A stretch of 64,000 nucleotides of DNA from an uncultured Desulfatiglans sp. (GCA_964499695.1 CAZCMD010000003.1:12842-76841); one strand, 5' to 3'. Shown: positions 43,032 through 53,876, counted from the first letter of the stretch. Program-made: numbers and translations. Notes: generated by a model not told the origin, from the sequence alone.

Positions 43032-45626
43032 ATGAGAATAATATTGTTTTTTATCATATGTTTATTGATTTCAGTAAACTCAATCGGGCAGACATTGCCC
43101 TATAGGAATCCTGATTTAAGCTCTGAAGAGCGGGCAAAAGACCTGATTTCAAGATTAACCCTTGAAGAAAAGGCCACCCTGATGTGCGACGTATCGGATG
43201 CCATCCCCCGTCTCAATATAAAAAAATTCAACTGGTGGAGTGAGGCACTGCATGGCCTTGCAAATAATGGTAATGTAACAGTTTTTCCTGAGCCAATCGG
43301 CATGGCAGCTTCCTTTGACCATGAACTCGTTTATCGAATTTTCAACGCAGTGTCTGATGAAACCCGTGCCAAATATAATGAGTCTCAGCAACAAGGGCTT
43401 GAAAACCGACGTTTTTTAAGTCTCTCCGTATGGACGCCTAATGTTAATATCTTTCGCGATCCCCGCTGGGGCCGTGGACAGGAGACCTATGGAGAAGACC
43501 CTTACCTTACCTCCCGCATGGGTATTTCGGTAGTAAAAGGCCTTCAAGGGCCTGCCGATGCAAAATACCGCAAACTGCTGGCCTGCGCTAAACACTACGC
43601 AGTGCATTCAGGACCAGAATGGAGCCGCCACTCCCTTAACCTTAACAATGTTGATCCGCGAGACCTTTATGAAACGTATCTGCCTGCATTCAAGGCCCTG
43701 GTTCAGGAGGCCGGTGTCCGCCAGGTGATGTGCGCCTATCAGCGTCTGGATGATGAACCCTGCTGTGGCAACGAACGCCTGCTCCAAAATATTCTGCGTG
43801 ACGACTGGGGCTTTAAATATGTTGTTGTTTCCGATTGCGGGGCTATCGACGATTTTTACAGGAGTCATAAGGTTTCATCCGACGGGGTTCATGCATCTGC
43901 AAAAGGGGTTCTGGCTGGAACAGATGTGGAGTGCCAGTGGATGAGTCACAACTTTAAAAAACTGCCAGAAGCTGTTAGTAAGGGGCTCATAACCGAGAAA
44001 GAGATTGATACACGGTTGATGCATGTACTGACCGGACGTTTTGACCTAGGGGAGATGGATGACGATAAACTTGTGCCCTGGACAAAAATTCCCATATCTA
44101 TCGTGAATAATGAAGAACACAGAAAACTTGCCCTTGATATGGCCCGTGAATCAATGACACTTCTTCAGAATAAAAACAGTATTCTTCCCTTAAAAAAGTC
44201 CATCAAAAGGCTTGCAGTTATCGGGCCTAACGCCAATGAGAAACCAGTGCTGTGGGGAAATTATAATGGAACGCCGGTAAGGACGATCACAATCCTTGAC
44301 GGTATTAAATCAAAGCTTTCATCCAGTAAAATTCTTTATGACAAAGGCTGCGATCTGGTAGAAGACAAGGTTACACAAAGCTATTTCAATCAATGCTCAT
44401 TTGATGGCAAACAGGGTTTCAGGGCCACCTACTGGAATAATCCGGATCTTAAAGGGGATATTGTTGCAGCAACGCAGATAGAGAATCCCATTAAGCTAAC
44501 CACTGCCGGACAGCATGAATTTGCTTCAGGGGTCAAGCTCGAAGGTTTTTCAGCCAGATATGAAACAATCTTCACCCCGTCAGTAAACGAGGAGATTGTA
44601 TTCAAATGCGGGGCAACAGGTGCATTTGAACTGCTTGTTAATGGCGAATCTCTCACAAAATACAGCAACTGGCGAACACTTCCTGCAAGGATTCCCTTCA
44701 AGGTCGAAAAAGGCAAAGAATATAAAATTGAAATCCGCTACGCACAGCAGAATGACTGGCAGGCAAACATCGAATTCGATTTTGGTAAAGAGGTCGATAT
44801 GGACTATACCGCTCTTATCAAAAAGCTTGAGGGGATTGAGCTTGTAATTTTTGCGGGTGGTCTTTCAGGTAATCTTGAAGGCGAGGAAATGCCTGTTTCA
44901 TATCCGGGTTTCAAGGGGGGAGACCGCACAAATATCGATCTTCCCATGGTGCAGCGTAATTGTCTTAAGGCATTAAAAGCGGCAGGTAAAAAGGTTATTT
45001 TTGTTAACTGTTCCGGTTCAGCCATTGCCCTGACCCCTGAAACAGAAACCAGTGATGCCATTCTTCAGGCATGGTATGCAGGAGAATCGGGCGGACAGGC
45101 CATTGCAGATGTCATCTTTGGCGATTACAACCCATCAGGAAAACTTCCGATTACATTTTACAGAAATTCAAATCAGCTTAAGGATTTTGAAGATTATTCC
45201 ATGAAGGGAAGGACATACCGCTATATGAATGATGCACTGTTCCCCTTTGGCTACGGATTAAGCTATACCAAGTTTGAAATCGGCCAGACCAGTTTAAGTA
45301 AATCAGTAATCAGGGCAGACGAGACCACAGGGTTGACAGTGCCTGTTAAAAACACGGGAAAACGTGATGGCACTGAGGTAGTTCAGGTTTACGTTAGAAA
45401 ATCAGGGGATATTGAAGGGGCGCTTAAAACCCTGCGCGGCTTTAAACGTATAGATATCAAATCCGGGAAGACCATGAGGGTTGAATTTGACCTTCCACCC
45501 TCTTCATTTGAATTTTATGATCGGGAGCAGAGGAAGATGGCTGTGACGCCCGGAGAATATGAAGTGTACTATGGAAACAGTTCCGCCCCTGATGATTTGA
45601 AACTGGTAAAAATAACAGTTCAGTAG
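43032..45626 (+). CDS. glycoside hydrolase family 3 beta-glucosidase/beta-xylosidase with PA14-like insert
   Basis: Signal peptide. Motifs LTLEEKATLM, KHYAVHSGPE and VVVSDCGAID (nucleophile Asp). FRATYWNNPDLKG...ELLVNG marks PA14-type inserted domain. Confidence 0.85.
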   Translation: MRIILFFIICLLISVNSIGQTLPYRNPDLSSEERAKDLISRLTLEEKATLMCDVSDAIPRLNIKKFNWWSEALHGLANNGNVTVFPEPIGMAASFDHELVYRIFNAVSDETRAKYNESQQQGLENRRFLSLSVWTPNVNIFRDPRWGRGQETYGEDPYLTSRMGISVVKGLQGPADAKYRKLLACAKHYAVHSGPEWSRHSLNLNNVDPRDLYETYLPAFKALVQEAGVRQVMCAYQRLDDEPCCGNERLLQNILRDDWGFKYVVVSDCGAIDDFYRSHKVSSDGVHASAKGVLAGTDVECQWMSHNFKKLPEAVSKGLITEKEIDTRLMHVLTGRFDLGEMDDDKLVPWTKIPISIVNNEEHRKLALDMARESMTLLQNKNSILPLKKSIKRLAVIGPNANEKPVLWGNYNGTPVRTITILDGIKSKLSSSKILYDKGCDLVEDKVTQSYFNQCSFDGKQGFRATYWNNPDLKGDIVAATQIENPIKLTTAGQHEFASGVKLEGFSARYETIFTPSVNEEIVFKCGATGAFELLVNGESLTKYSNWRTLPARIPFKVEKGKEYKIEIRYAQQNDWQANIEFDFGKEVDMDYTALIKKLEGIELVIFAGGLSGNLEGEEMPVSYPGFKGGDRTNIDLPMVQRNCLKALKAAGKKVIFVNCSGSAIALTPETETSDAILQAWYAGESGGQAIADVIFGDYNPSGKLPITFYRNSNQLKDFEDYSMKGRTYRYMNDALFPFGYGLSYTKFEIGQTSLSKSVIRADETTGLTVPVKNTGKRDGTEVVQVYVRKSGDIEGALKTLRGFKRIDIKSGKTMRVEFDLPPSSFEFYDREQRKMAVTPGEYEVYYGNSSAPDDLKLVKITVQ

Positions 45627-45678
45627 GGGGAGGTAAGTTTATTAGTCAATTATTAAATACCATACTTAAGGGGTGACT

Positions 45679-47169
45679 ATGCAAAAAATTGTCATGGCAT
45701 TGGATCAGGGGACATCCAGTTCCAGAACAATACTCTTTGATGAAAATGCCGAGATCATTGCTTCAGCCAGTCGCAAGGTCGCTACCCATTTTCCAAAATC
45801 CGGTTGGGTGGAGCAAAACCCTGAGGAGATCTGGAATTCTCAAAAAGCAACTATTATTGAAGCGCTATTTGTGGCTAAATTAAAAATAAAGGATATTTCA
45901 GCCATCGGGATCACCAATCAAAGGGAAACAGTGATAGCATGGAACAGCGAAACCGGGGAGTCGATTGGCAGTGCTATTGGATGGCAATGCCGAAGAACAG
46001 CGGATTATTGCAGACAACTGGTATCTGAAGGATATGACCAGACAATTCATAATAAAACAGGTTTGGTAACGGACCCCTATTTTTCAGGGACCAAAATGCG
46101 CTGGATTCTGAAAAACCGCCCTGATGCGAGACGATTAGCTAAACAGGGGAAACTAAGATTTGGTACTGTGGACACCTGGCTTATCTGGAAACTGTCAGGG
46201 GGACAATACCATGTAACCGATGTTTCAAATGCCTCAAGAACAATGGTGTACAATATTTTTAGTTGCCAATGGGATGATGAGTTACTGGAAAAACTGGAAA
46301 TTCCAAAAACAACACTACCTGCGGTAAAAGGCAGTAGTGAAGTCATTGCCTTTACCGATGCTGGGGATTGGGGATCAGCAGTTCCCATTGCCGGTGTTGC
46401 GGGAGATCAACAGGCTGCGCTGTTCGGACACACCTGTTTTGATGAGGGAATGGCGAAAAATACATATGGTACTGGCTGTTTCCTCCTGTTAAACACCGGA
46501 AACAGGGCTGTTTTGTCGGACAACGGACTCCTCACCACGATTGCCTGGAAAATTGACAACAAAGTAACCTATGCCCTTGAGGGGTCGATATTTATCGGAG
46601 GAGCTCTTATTCAGTGGTTGCGTGATAAACTGGAGCTTTTTAAAGAGGCTAAGGATACTGAGGCCATGGCACTTTCTATTGACAGCACCGATGGTCTTTA
46701 TGTGGTTCCTGCCTTTGTGGGGCTGGGTGCCCCTAACTGGGACCCATACGCTCGTGGACTTATGATCGGGATCACTGGTAACACCTCTAAAAACCATGTG
46801 GTTCGTGCCTCTCTTGAAGCTATCGCCTACCAGTCTTACGATCTGATAACAATGTTTGAGCAGGACGCGGGAATATCACTTAAAGTCCTTCGGGTCGATG
46901 GTAGTGCGGCAGCCAATAATTTTCTCTGCCAATTCCAATCGGATATCCTGGGCATAGAAATCATCCGGCCAAGAATATTAGAGACCACAGCAATGGGTGC
47001 GGCATTTCTGGCCGGGTTGGCCACTGGGGTCTGGAAAGATCAGAATCATATTAAACAACTTGAACAAGAATATAAACGATTTGTGTCACATAAAAATCAG
47101 GCTGAAATAACCCTATTGATATCCGGGTGGAGGAAAGCACTGGAACGCTCAAAAAATTGGATTGATTAA
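45679..47169 (+). CDS. glpK: glycerol kinase
   Basis: ALDQGTSSSR, GWVEQNPEEIW, ITNQRET, FGTVDTWLIWKL and GDQQAAL are classic GlpK/FGGY motifs. Confidence 0.9.
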   Translation: MQKIVMALDQGTSSSRTILFDENAEIIASASRKVATHFPKSGWVEQNPEEIWNSQKATIIEALFVAKLKIKDISAIGITNQRETVIAWNSETGESIGSAIGWQCRRTADYCRQLVSEGYDQTIHNKTGLVTDPYFSGTKMRWILKNRPDARRLAKQGKLRFGTVDTWLIWKLSGGQYHVTDVSNASRTMVYNIFSCQWDDELLEKLEIPKTTLPAVKGSSEVIAFTDAGDWGSAVPIAGVAGDQQAALFGHTCFDEGMAKNTYGTGCFLLLNTGNRAVLSDNGLLTTIAWKIDNKVTYALEGSIFIGGALIQWLRDKLELFKEAKDTEAMALSIDSTDGLYVVPAFVGLGAPNWDPYARGLMIGITGNTSKNHVVRASLEAIAYQSYDLITMFEQDAGISLKVLRVDGSAAANNFLCQFQSDILGIEIIRPRILETTAMGAAFLAGLATGVWKDQNHIKQLEQEYKRFVSHKNQAEITLLISGWRKALERSKNWID

Positions 47170-47296
47170 TTATGGAATTGGGGGCAATGAACATCTCAGT
47201 ACTATTCCTGACCACATATGCTGTTCTGATCATTGGAGGCTGGGTCAATAAGGATGGAATTTATTTTCAACTTAAACATTGCAAAGGAGTAAGAAT

Positions 47297-48088
47297 GTGA
47301 TACATGCAAATGGTTTATTTAAGGGATTGGAAAATTATAATATCTATTTCCAGAAATGGTCGCCTGAAGGAAAGCCAAGAGCCGTAATATTAATAGCACA
47401 CGGTTATGCTGAACACAGCGGGCGTTACATGAATGTGGTAAACCACTTCATACCATCAGGTTATCTGGTTTACGCTCTGGATCATCGCGGTCATGGCAAA
47501 TCAGAGGGCAGCCTCAATGAGATCAAGGATTTTTCAGTATTTGTTGCTGATCTCAGAACATTTTTTACTATCATCAGGAAAGAATTTCCTGTTGAAAACA
47601 TTTTCCTGATAGGTCACAGCATGGGGTCACTCATCAGCCTTTTATACTCACTTGATTACCAGCAAGAACTGGCGGGATTGGTGATCTCAGGGGGCGGTCT
47701 CCCAAAGCAGGGTGATCCGCCGTTACCCAGGCGACCGGCTAATCAACCCTTGGATTCTTCATTCCTCAGTCGTGATCCGGAGGTAATCAAAGCCTATGAA
47801 AACGATCCACTGGTTTATAGGGGTCCCATACCGCAATCGATTGAATCCGGTATGGTAAAAGGACTAAATCAGCTTTCCATGGGAGTGAATAAAATAAAAC
47901 TGCCTGTAATCATAATGGCTGGAGATGGCTGTACGGATGGCGCCAGAAGTAAAAACCTGTATGACAGCATCGGTTCAAAAGATAAGACGCTTAAACGTTA
48001 TCCGGGTTTAATGCACGAGATATTCAATGAACCTGAATACCCTCATGTAATGGCTGATATGGAAGTATGGATGGAAGAACATATATAA
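47297..48088 (+). CDS. alpha/beta hydrolase, monoacylglycerol lipase/lysophospholipase-like
   Basis: ORF 47279..48088 (TTG). GTG 47297 follows AAAGGAG. Motifs HGYAEHSGRY, DHRGHGKSEG and GHSMGS. Confidence 0.75.
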   Translation: MIHANGLFKGLENYNIYFQKWSPEGKPRAVILIAHGYAEHSGRYMNVVNHFIPSGYLVYALDHRGHGKSEGSLNEIKDFSVFVADLRTFFTIIRKEFPVENIFLIGHSMGSLISLLYSLDYQQELAGLVISGGGLPKQGDPPLPRRPANQPLDSSFLSRDPEVIKAYENDPLVYRGPIPQSIESGMVKGLNQLSMGVNKIKLPVIIMAGDGCTDGARSKNLYDSIGSKDKTLKRYPGLMHEIFNEPEYPHVMADMEVWMEEHI

Positions 48089-48105
48089 TATGGAATAGGA
48101 AATAA

Positions 48106-49041
48106 ATGAGAACAATAAAAATAATTTACAGATCTTCAAGCAGGGCAGCTATTACATTTTTTCTGATAGTGTTTTTGCTAATGGCTATTGATTCTTCAAC
48201 TTATTCACAGGAAACAATCCGGCTCTGGGAAGGAAAGGCACCTGGATCAGAGAAGTGGACCCACCAGGAAAAAACCTCAACATTTCGCGGTGGAGGAACA
48301 ATAGTACAGGATGTTGTTGATCCGACAATAACAGCGTACCTCCCTGATCCATCCACTGCCAATGGCGCAGCAGTCATTGTCTGCCCCGGAGGGGCATTCC
48401 GTATGCTGAGCCTGGATGGAGAGGGTAAAAATGTTGCCGAATGTCTGACCAGCAAGGGTTTTGCCGCTTTTGTACTTAAATATCGATTGTACAAAGATGA
48501 TGTATCAAAAGGTATGATGGCACCAAAAATACCTTCTGAAATCAAGTTGTCTTTAAAAAACGCCAATGCGAACCCTGCACCGGACAATCAGGAGCTCAAC
48601 AATGTAATCCGCCTCGCAACAGAGGACGGGCAGCAGGCCATTCGTCTTGTCCGCAAAAACGCAAATAAATGGAATATTAATCCGGAAAAGGTAGGCATTA
48701 TGGGTTTTTCCGCGGGAGGGGGTGTAGCAGTGGGGACTGCCCTTCTGGATGACCCGGAAGGTTATCCCAATTTTATTGTCAGCCTGTATGGCCCTTCCAT
48801 GGTTGACGTTCGTGTCCCGGCCAATGCACCACCGCTTTTTATTGCTGTTGCAGCCAATCATAAGCCTGTATCTATGGGATGTGTTGCGCTCTATAATGTA
48901 TGGAACGAGGCGGGTAAATCAGCAGAACTTCATGTTTTTTCAAAGGGTACAGGACCATTCAGTATCAAGAAACAGGGATTACCAAGTGATGCCTGGCCTG
49001 AGCTTTTCATGGTCTGGATAAAAGGAGAAGGACTGATTTAA
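48106..49041 (+). CDS. secreted alpha/beta hydrolase (esterase/lipase, BD-FAE/acetyl-esterase-like)
   Basis: Signal peptide, VIVCPGGAF (oxyanion region) and GFSAGGG nucleophile elbow. Confidence 0.7.
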   Translation: MRTIKIIYRSSSRAAITFFLIVFLLMAIDSSTYSQETIRLWEGKAPGSEKWTHQEKTSTFRGGGTIVQDVVDPTITAYLPDPSTANGAAVIVCPGGAFRMLSLDGEGKNVAECLTSKGFAAFVLKYRLYKDDVSKGMMAPKIPSEIKLSLKNANANPAPDNQELNNVIRLATEDGQQAIRLVRKNANKWNINPEKVGIMGFSAGGGVAVGTALLDDPEGYPNFIVSLYGPSMVDVRVPANAPPLFIAVAANHKPVSMGCVALYNVWNEAGKSAELHVFSKGTGPFSIKKQGLPSDAWPELFMVWIKGEGLI

Positions 49042-49094
49042 CATAGCGTTAATCAATCCCGACTAAAACTTTAAAGGAATACACAGGTTAAAAA

Positions 49095-50381
49095 ATGCCG
49101 GATACTGTTTTCATCTGCATGGCAGCAATTATTTTAGTGATACTGGTTGGCTATTTCACCAGGACTAATATCGGACTATGGGCTATTACCGCTTCCTATA
49201 TTCTTGGCGTTTTTGTGCTTGACTTAAATCCCAGGGATATTGTTACACTCTGGCCCATAAAGATTTTCCTGATGCTTTTTTCAGTGACCTTCTTTTACGG
49301 GTATTCGGTCCTGAACGGTTCCCTTGAGAAACTTTCATTGAAGATTGTTTACGCCTCAAGAAAATTCCCATGGCTCATTGCAGTAACTCTTTTTTTAATA
49401 GCGATCTTTGTATCCGCTATCGGGGCTGGAGACGGTGCAACCGTCATGCTGATCCCTATTGCCATATCCATAGCAAAAATAACCCGTATGCATTATCTCC
49501 TTGCATCGGTTTCTGTTGTATCAGGGATCAGTATAGGAGGATTTTCACCAATAAGCACCATAGGTATATTTATCAGGGAACTTGCGGATCAGGTAGGCGG
49601 TTATGGTCCTGATGCAGTCAATAATTACGGTAACATTGCTATGTTACAGGCTGCTCTCCTGTTTTCCATTATATTCATTCTTTCATACCTCTTTTTAAAG
49701 GGCTACAGGGTAAAGGCCCATGAACTTGAAAAACCCGAACCCTTCAGCCGGGAGCAAATAAAAACACTTATTGTTATCGGTATTTTTATCGTTTCTCTTC
49801 TTGCCCCGCCTCTTTTAAAGGTATTATTTCCGCAAACAACCTTTTTCAGTAGATTGAATGACAATATATATCTGACATTTATTGCCTTTATGGCTTCGAT
49901 CCTGTGCAGGCTGTTAAACCTTGGCGATGAAAAAAAGGTGTTTGCACGTGTGCCCTGGCATGCCCTCACAACAATATGCGGTATGGGGATGCTGATTGCA
50001 GTTGCAGGTAAGACCGGCATAATTGAAATCATGTCAGGGTACCTGTCAGACAGCAGTCTATCAGGACAACTGGTACAGGTTTTACTTTCGGTTTTTGCCG
50101 GAATTTTGAGCCTTTTTGTGAGCGGTTTTGTTGTTAACACCACCTTCTTTGCCCTTGTTCCAGGTCTTGCGACCGGATTATCATACTCCCCCGGACTGTT
50201 TTTTTCAGCAATAGCCGTTAGCGCAATAGCAACTTCCGTATCTCCTTTTTCAGGAAGCGGAGGATTAGTAGTGGCATGCGTTGATGATGAAAAACAGCGT
50301 TCAAGGATTTTTAACAGTTTATTAATATGGCCTTTTATTAATTTGCTCATATATATCGGCATCATCTTAACTGGAATATAA
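49095..50381 (+). CDS. ion-transporter-superfamily permease (CitMHS/ArsB-NhaD/SLC13-like)
   Basis: 428 aa, entirely hydrophobic with about 10-12 TM segments and an internal-repeat appearance. The family call is approximate. Confidence 0.5.
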   Translation: MPDTVFICMAAIILVILVGYFTRTNIGLWAITASYILGVFVLDLNPRDIVTLWPIKIFLMLFSVTFFYGYSVLNGSLEKLSLKIVYASRKFPWLIAVTLFLIAIFVSAIGAGDGATVMLIPIAISIAKITRMHYLLASVSVVSGISIGGFSPISTIGIFIRELADQVGGYGPDAVNNYGNIAMLQAALLFSIIFILSYLFLKGYRVKAHELEKPEPFSREQIKTLIVIGIFIVSLLAPPLLKVLFPQTTFFSRLNDNIYLTFIAFMASILCRLLNLGDEKKVFARVPWHALTTICGMGMLIAVAGKTGIIEIMSGYLSDSSLSGQLVQVLLSVFAGILSLFVSGFVVNTTFFALVPGLATGLSYSPGLFFSAIAVSAIATSVSPFSGSGGLVVACVDDEKQRSRIFNSLLIWPFINLLIYIGIILTGI

Positions 50382-50395
50382 AGGAGGGTATAAAC

Positions 50396-51925
50396 ATGTA
50401 TCTTAAAAAAGTGATTACCGGACTGTCTGTTTTATTCCTATCCACATGTATTATTTTATCAGGCTGCACAAAACCTGAAGAAATAATCGAAAAAGCGGCT
50501 GCGCCTGCACCTTTATCCGATCCATTAAAGATAGATACCGGGTATATCTCAGGGACCCTGATCGGTGATATCGATAACCCGATAAGGGCCTACCGCGGGA
50601 TACCCTATGCAGCGCCTCCGGTAGGAGATTTAAGATGGAAACCGCCGCAACCGGCCACACCATGGAAAGAGATACGTCAGTGTACGGCATTTACAAAAAC
50701 ACCTCCACAGGCAGGAATGGAAGGGTTAAAGCAGGAGCCACAGGGTGAAGACTGCCTTTACCTTAATGTAATGACCCCTGCAAAAACAGTTGGAGAATCC
50801 CTGCCTGTAATGGTATGGCTGCACGGAGGCGGATACTCTTCAGGATCAGGCAATGATAATCTCTGCAATCTGCATCGCCTGCCTCAACAGGGCGTGGTTG
50901 TCGTTAATGTTACAATGAGGCTTAATACATTCGGCCTTCTTGCCCATCCCCTTTTGACCGCTGAGTCACCTGATCATTCATCAGGAAACTATATGTTTCT
51001 CGATATGATAGCTGCGTTAAACTGGGTTAAAAGAAACATATCGGTATTCGGAGGAAACCCGGATAATGTTACCATATTCGGAGAATCAGGAGGCGGATCA
51101 AAGGTCTCAACACTGATGGCTTCTCCAATGGCAAAGGGTCTGTTTCACAGGGCCATCTGTGAGAGCGGAACCTCCATCGGTGGTTTTCTCAATGGCATAA
51201 GTCTGAAGCAAATGGAGGAGATGGGGGTCAAATTATTTGCAAAACTTGGTGTCGACAAAGAGGCCGATCCCTTGAAGGCTGCAAGGGCCCTTCCATTTGA
51301 AAAGATCATGGAGGCAAGAGAGGCCATGATGAAGGAAATGCAGGGTAATAAAACAGGTATAAGCACTGATGATGCTACTATAGACGGATGGTTTCTACCC
51401 AAATCACCACTGGAGCTTTTTGAGTCAGAGAATTATAACGCCGTACCCTTAATCACCGTAGCTAACCTGGGTGAAATAACCGGGCCGGGAGGTTTACTCT
51501 TGCCTCAGCTTATACCCGCCTATGTGAACATGCATGAATCCCAGATCAAGGCCGGTGTGAAGAGTTATGCAGCCATATTTGATCAGGTCCCGGGTAAGTG
51601 GCGGGCAGCAGGTGCAGTATCCACACATGCAATGGAGGTGTTGTATGTATTCGGGGATTACGACAACCGCAGCGGTTGGTGGCCTTTAATGTATGGCCTT
51701 GCAAAACAATCAGGTGCAAAGGATCAGAATGATCCGGGGCTAGCTGAAGCGGACAGAAGGGTCTCGGAAGCAATGATGAAAATGTGGGCGCAGTTTGCCA
51801 AAACAGGGGACCCCAACGTGGAGGGAATGGCACAATGGCCGGCCTATAGCAAGGATGGAGATAATTATATGTACATTATTGATCCGCTGGAGATAAAGAC
51901 CGGATTTTCGAAAATAAAACCTTAA
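50396..51925 (+). CDS. type-B carboxylesterase (lipoprotein)
   Basis: Lipobox LSGC. Motifs YRGIPYAAPPVGDLRW, EDCLYLNV, WLHGGGY and FGESGGG. Confidence 0.85.
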   Translation: MYLKKVITGLSVLFLSTCIILSGCTKPEEIIEKAAAPAPLSDPLKIDTGYISGTLIGDIDNPIRAYRGIPYAAPPVGDLRWKPPQPATPWKEIRQCTAFTKTPPQAGMEGLKQEPQGEDCLYLNVMTPAKTVGESLPVMVWLHGGGYSSGSGNDNLCNLHRLPQQGVVVVNVTMRLNTFGLLAHPLLTAESPDHSSGNYMFLDMIAALNWVKRNISVFGGNPDNVTIFGESGGGSKVSTLMASPMAKGLFHRAICESGTSIGGFLNGISLKQMEEMGVKLFAKLGVDKEADPLKAARALPFEKIMEAREAMMKEMQGNKTGISTDDATIDGWFLPKSPLELFESENYNAVPLITVANLGEITGPGGLLLPQLIPAYVNMHESQIKAGVKSYAAIFDQVPGKWRAAGAVSTHAMEVLYVFGDYDNRSGWWPLMYGLAKQSGAKDQNDPGLAEADRRVSEAMMKMWAQFAKTGDPNVEGMAQWPAYSKDGDNYMYIIDPLEIKTGFSKIKP

Positions 51926-51973
51926 TTTTAAATATAATGAACAGAACCACCTGTCATCAATGAGGAAAATATT

Positions 51974-52513
51974 ATGAAAAATTTGATTACCCTGTTCGTA
52001 TGTTTTGGTTTGACCTATTTTTTATTCATCAATATGGCATTCGCTGATGTTTATGCAGATGACCGCGCCGCCATTATGGAGCTGCAAAGCCGCTATGTTT
52101 TTGCACTGGATTTTAGAGATGCTGAAACATATGCCTCCACCTTTACCGAGGATGGCATATTAAACTGGGCGCGTGGTGATATAAAGGGCAGGAAGGCGAT
52201 CTATGATTTCATTGCTTCAGGGACATATGACCCCGCCGGTAGTGCTGAAAAAGGTAAATGGCCTGCTGCCTCACGCCATTTTGTAACAAATCAGATTATT
52301 AAGGTGGATGGCAATACAGCCAGGTCATTCAGTTACTGGTTTGAGGCAACAAATAACACAGCAGACCGAAAGACAATGGTATTAGGGTTATTCGGACATT
52401 ATGAAGATGAACTGGTAAAGATTGATGGTCAATGGTATTTTAAAAAACGCGCTATATACAATGAAGGGCTGGAAGGCCGACATAAGGCAGGGGAAGAGAA
52501 TCCTGCGAGGTGA
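51974..52513 (+). CDS. secreted SnoaL-like / NTF2-fold protein
   Basis: Signal peptide. 'DRAAIMELQSRYVFALDFRDAETYASTFTEDG' is typical of SnoaL_4-type domains. Confidence 0.6.
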   Translation: MKNLITLFVCFGLTYFLFINMAFADVYADDRAAIMELQSRYVFALDFRDAETYASTFTEDGILNWARGDIKGRKAIYDFIASGTYDPAGSAEKGKWPAASRHFVTNQIIKVDGNTARSFSYWFEATNNTADRKTMVLGLFGHYEDELVKIDGQWYFKKRAIYNEGLEGRHKAGEENPAR

Positions 52514-52544
52514 ATGCCAATAAAAGGAGACTAGACAATAAACT

Positions 52545-53717
52545 ATGTCGTTATTTATCAGATTGAACATTCTAATTTTAATTTTTATTTTTTCTATTGG
52601 ATGCGAAACGATTCAACCTGTACCGGATGGAAATTTTAAGAAAGAAGGCGAAAAAGATATGATGCTCGTTAAGGAAATATTTGGGGAATTTGAAGGCAAA
52701 AAAGTTGATTTATATACATTGAAGAACGCTCACGGCATGGAGGTAAAAATAACCAATTATGGCGGTATTATCACCTCCATCAAGGTCCCGGACAAAGGCA
52801 ATAAATTTGGTGATGTTGTCCTCGGGTTTAATAATCTTATGACTTATCTGGGCAACAATCCTTTTTTTGGAGCTATCATAGGCAGGTACGCCAACAGGAT
52901 AGGCAATGCAAAGTTTTCTATTGATGGTAAGGAATACACACTGGCTAAAAACAACTGGGCGAACAGTTTACACGGTGGGGTCAAGGGTTTTGACAAGGTC
53001 CTGTGGGAAGCAGAACCGGTTACCGGTAAAGAGAGCCAGTCTCTGAAACTGACCTATATGAGTAAGGATGGAGAGGAAGGATTTCCCGGAAATCTTAATG
53101 TTACCGTAACCTACACCCTTAAAGAGGATAATTCATTTCAGATAGACTACCATGCAACAACAGATAAAACCACTGTTGTAAACCTTTCTAACCATACATA
53201 CTGGAATCTGGCAGGGGAAGGATCTGGAAATATTCTTGATCATCAGTTGATGCTGAACGCCAGCGCCTTTACGCCTGTAGACCGCGGGTCAATACCTACC
53301 GGGGAAATCCGGTCAGTTGAAGGCACACCCATGGATTTCAGAAGGCCTGAAGCTATAGGCAAAAGAATAGGCGCAGATTATGAGCAGCTTAAATTTAGCA
53401 ATGGTTATGACCATAACTGGGTAATAGACTCCAGCGATAATGCAAAACCAACACTGGCTGCAACGGTTTATGAACCGGTCAGCGGAAGATACATGGAGGT
53501 ATATACAACAGAACCCGGGGTTCAGTTTTACAGCGGAAATTTCCTGAATGATAAAATTATAGGAAAAAGCGGTAAAGGTTATGGCCCAAGAAGCGCGTTA
53601 TGTCTTGAAACACAGCATTATCCTGATTCACCGAACAAACCGGACTTTCCACCGGTTGTACTGAAACCAGGAGAGACATACAGGACAACAACTATCTATA
53701 AGTTTTCAGTCAGGTAA
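52545..53717 (+). CDS. galM: aldose 1-epimerase (galactose mutarotase), lipoprotein form
   Basis: Lipobox FSIGC, GRYANRI, NSLHGG..GFDK..W and a C-terminal E..H.PDSPN. Confidence 0.85.
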   Translation: MSLFIRLNILILIFIFSIGCETIQPVPDGNFKKEGEKDMMLVKEIFGEFEGKKVDLYTLKNAHGMEVKITNYGGIITSIKVPDKGNKFGDVVLGFNNLMTYLGNNPFFGAIIGRYANRIGNAKFSIDGKEYTLAKNNWANSLHGGVKGFDKVLWEAEPVTGKESQSLKLTYMSKDGEEGFPGNLNVTVTYTLKEDNSFQIDYHATTDKTTVVNLSNHTYWNLAGEGSGNILDHQLMLNASAFTPVDRGSIPTGEIRSVEGTPMDFRRPEAIGKRIGADYEQLKFSNGYDHNWVIDSSDNAKPTLAATVYEPVSGRYMEVYTTEPGVQFYSGNFLNDKIIGKSGKGYGPRSALCLETQHYPDSPNKPDFPPVVLKPGETYRTTTIYKFSVR

Positions 53718-53736
53718 GTTTATACCATGTGTCGTT

Positions 53737-53867
53737 TTAATTAGTGTCCATCCAAAAAGTGTCGTCTTTGGATTCAAGCGGTCAGCAATTAGCGTTCAGC
53801 TTTCAGCAAAAGGCTTTCAAACCAGGGAGTTAGCTGATCGCTGACTGCTGAAAGCTACATCCAGAAT
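53737..53867 (+). repeat. MITE-like CAGC-rich repeat, copy B
   Basis: ttaattagtgtccatccaaaaa...gcggtcagcaattagcgttcagctttcagcaaaagg...gctgactgctgaaagctacatccagaat aligns end to end with the rc of 56879-57016. Confidence 0.75.
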
Positions 53868-53876
53868 ATTTCTCGT

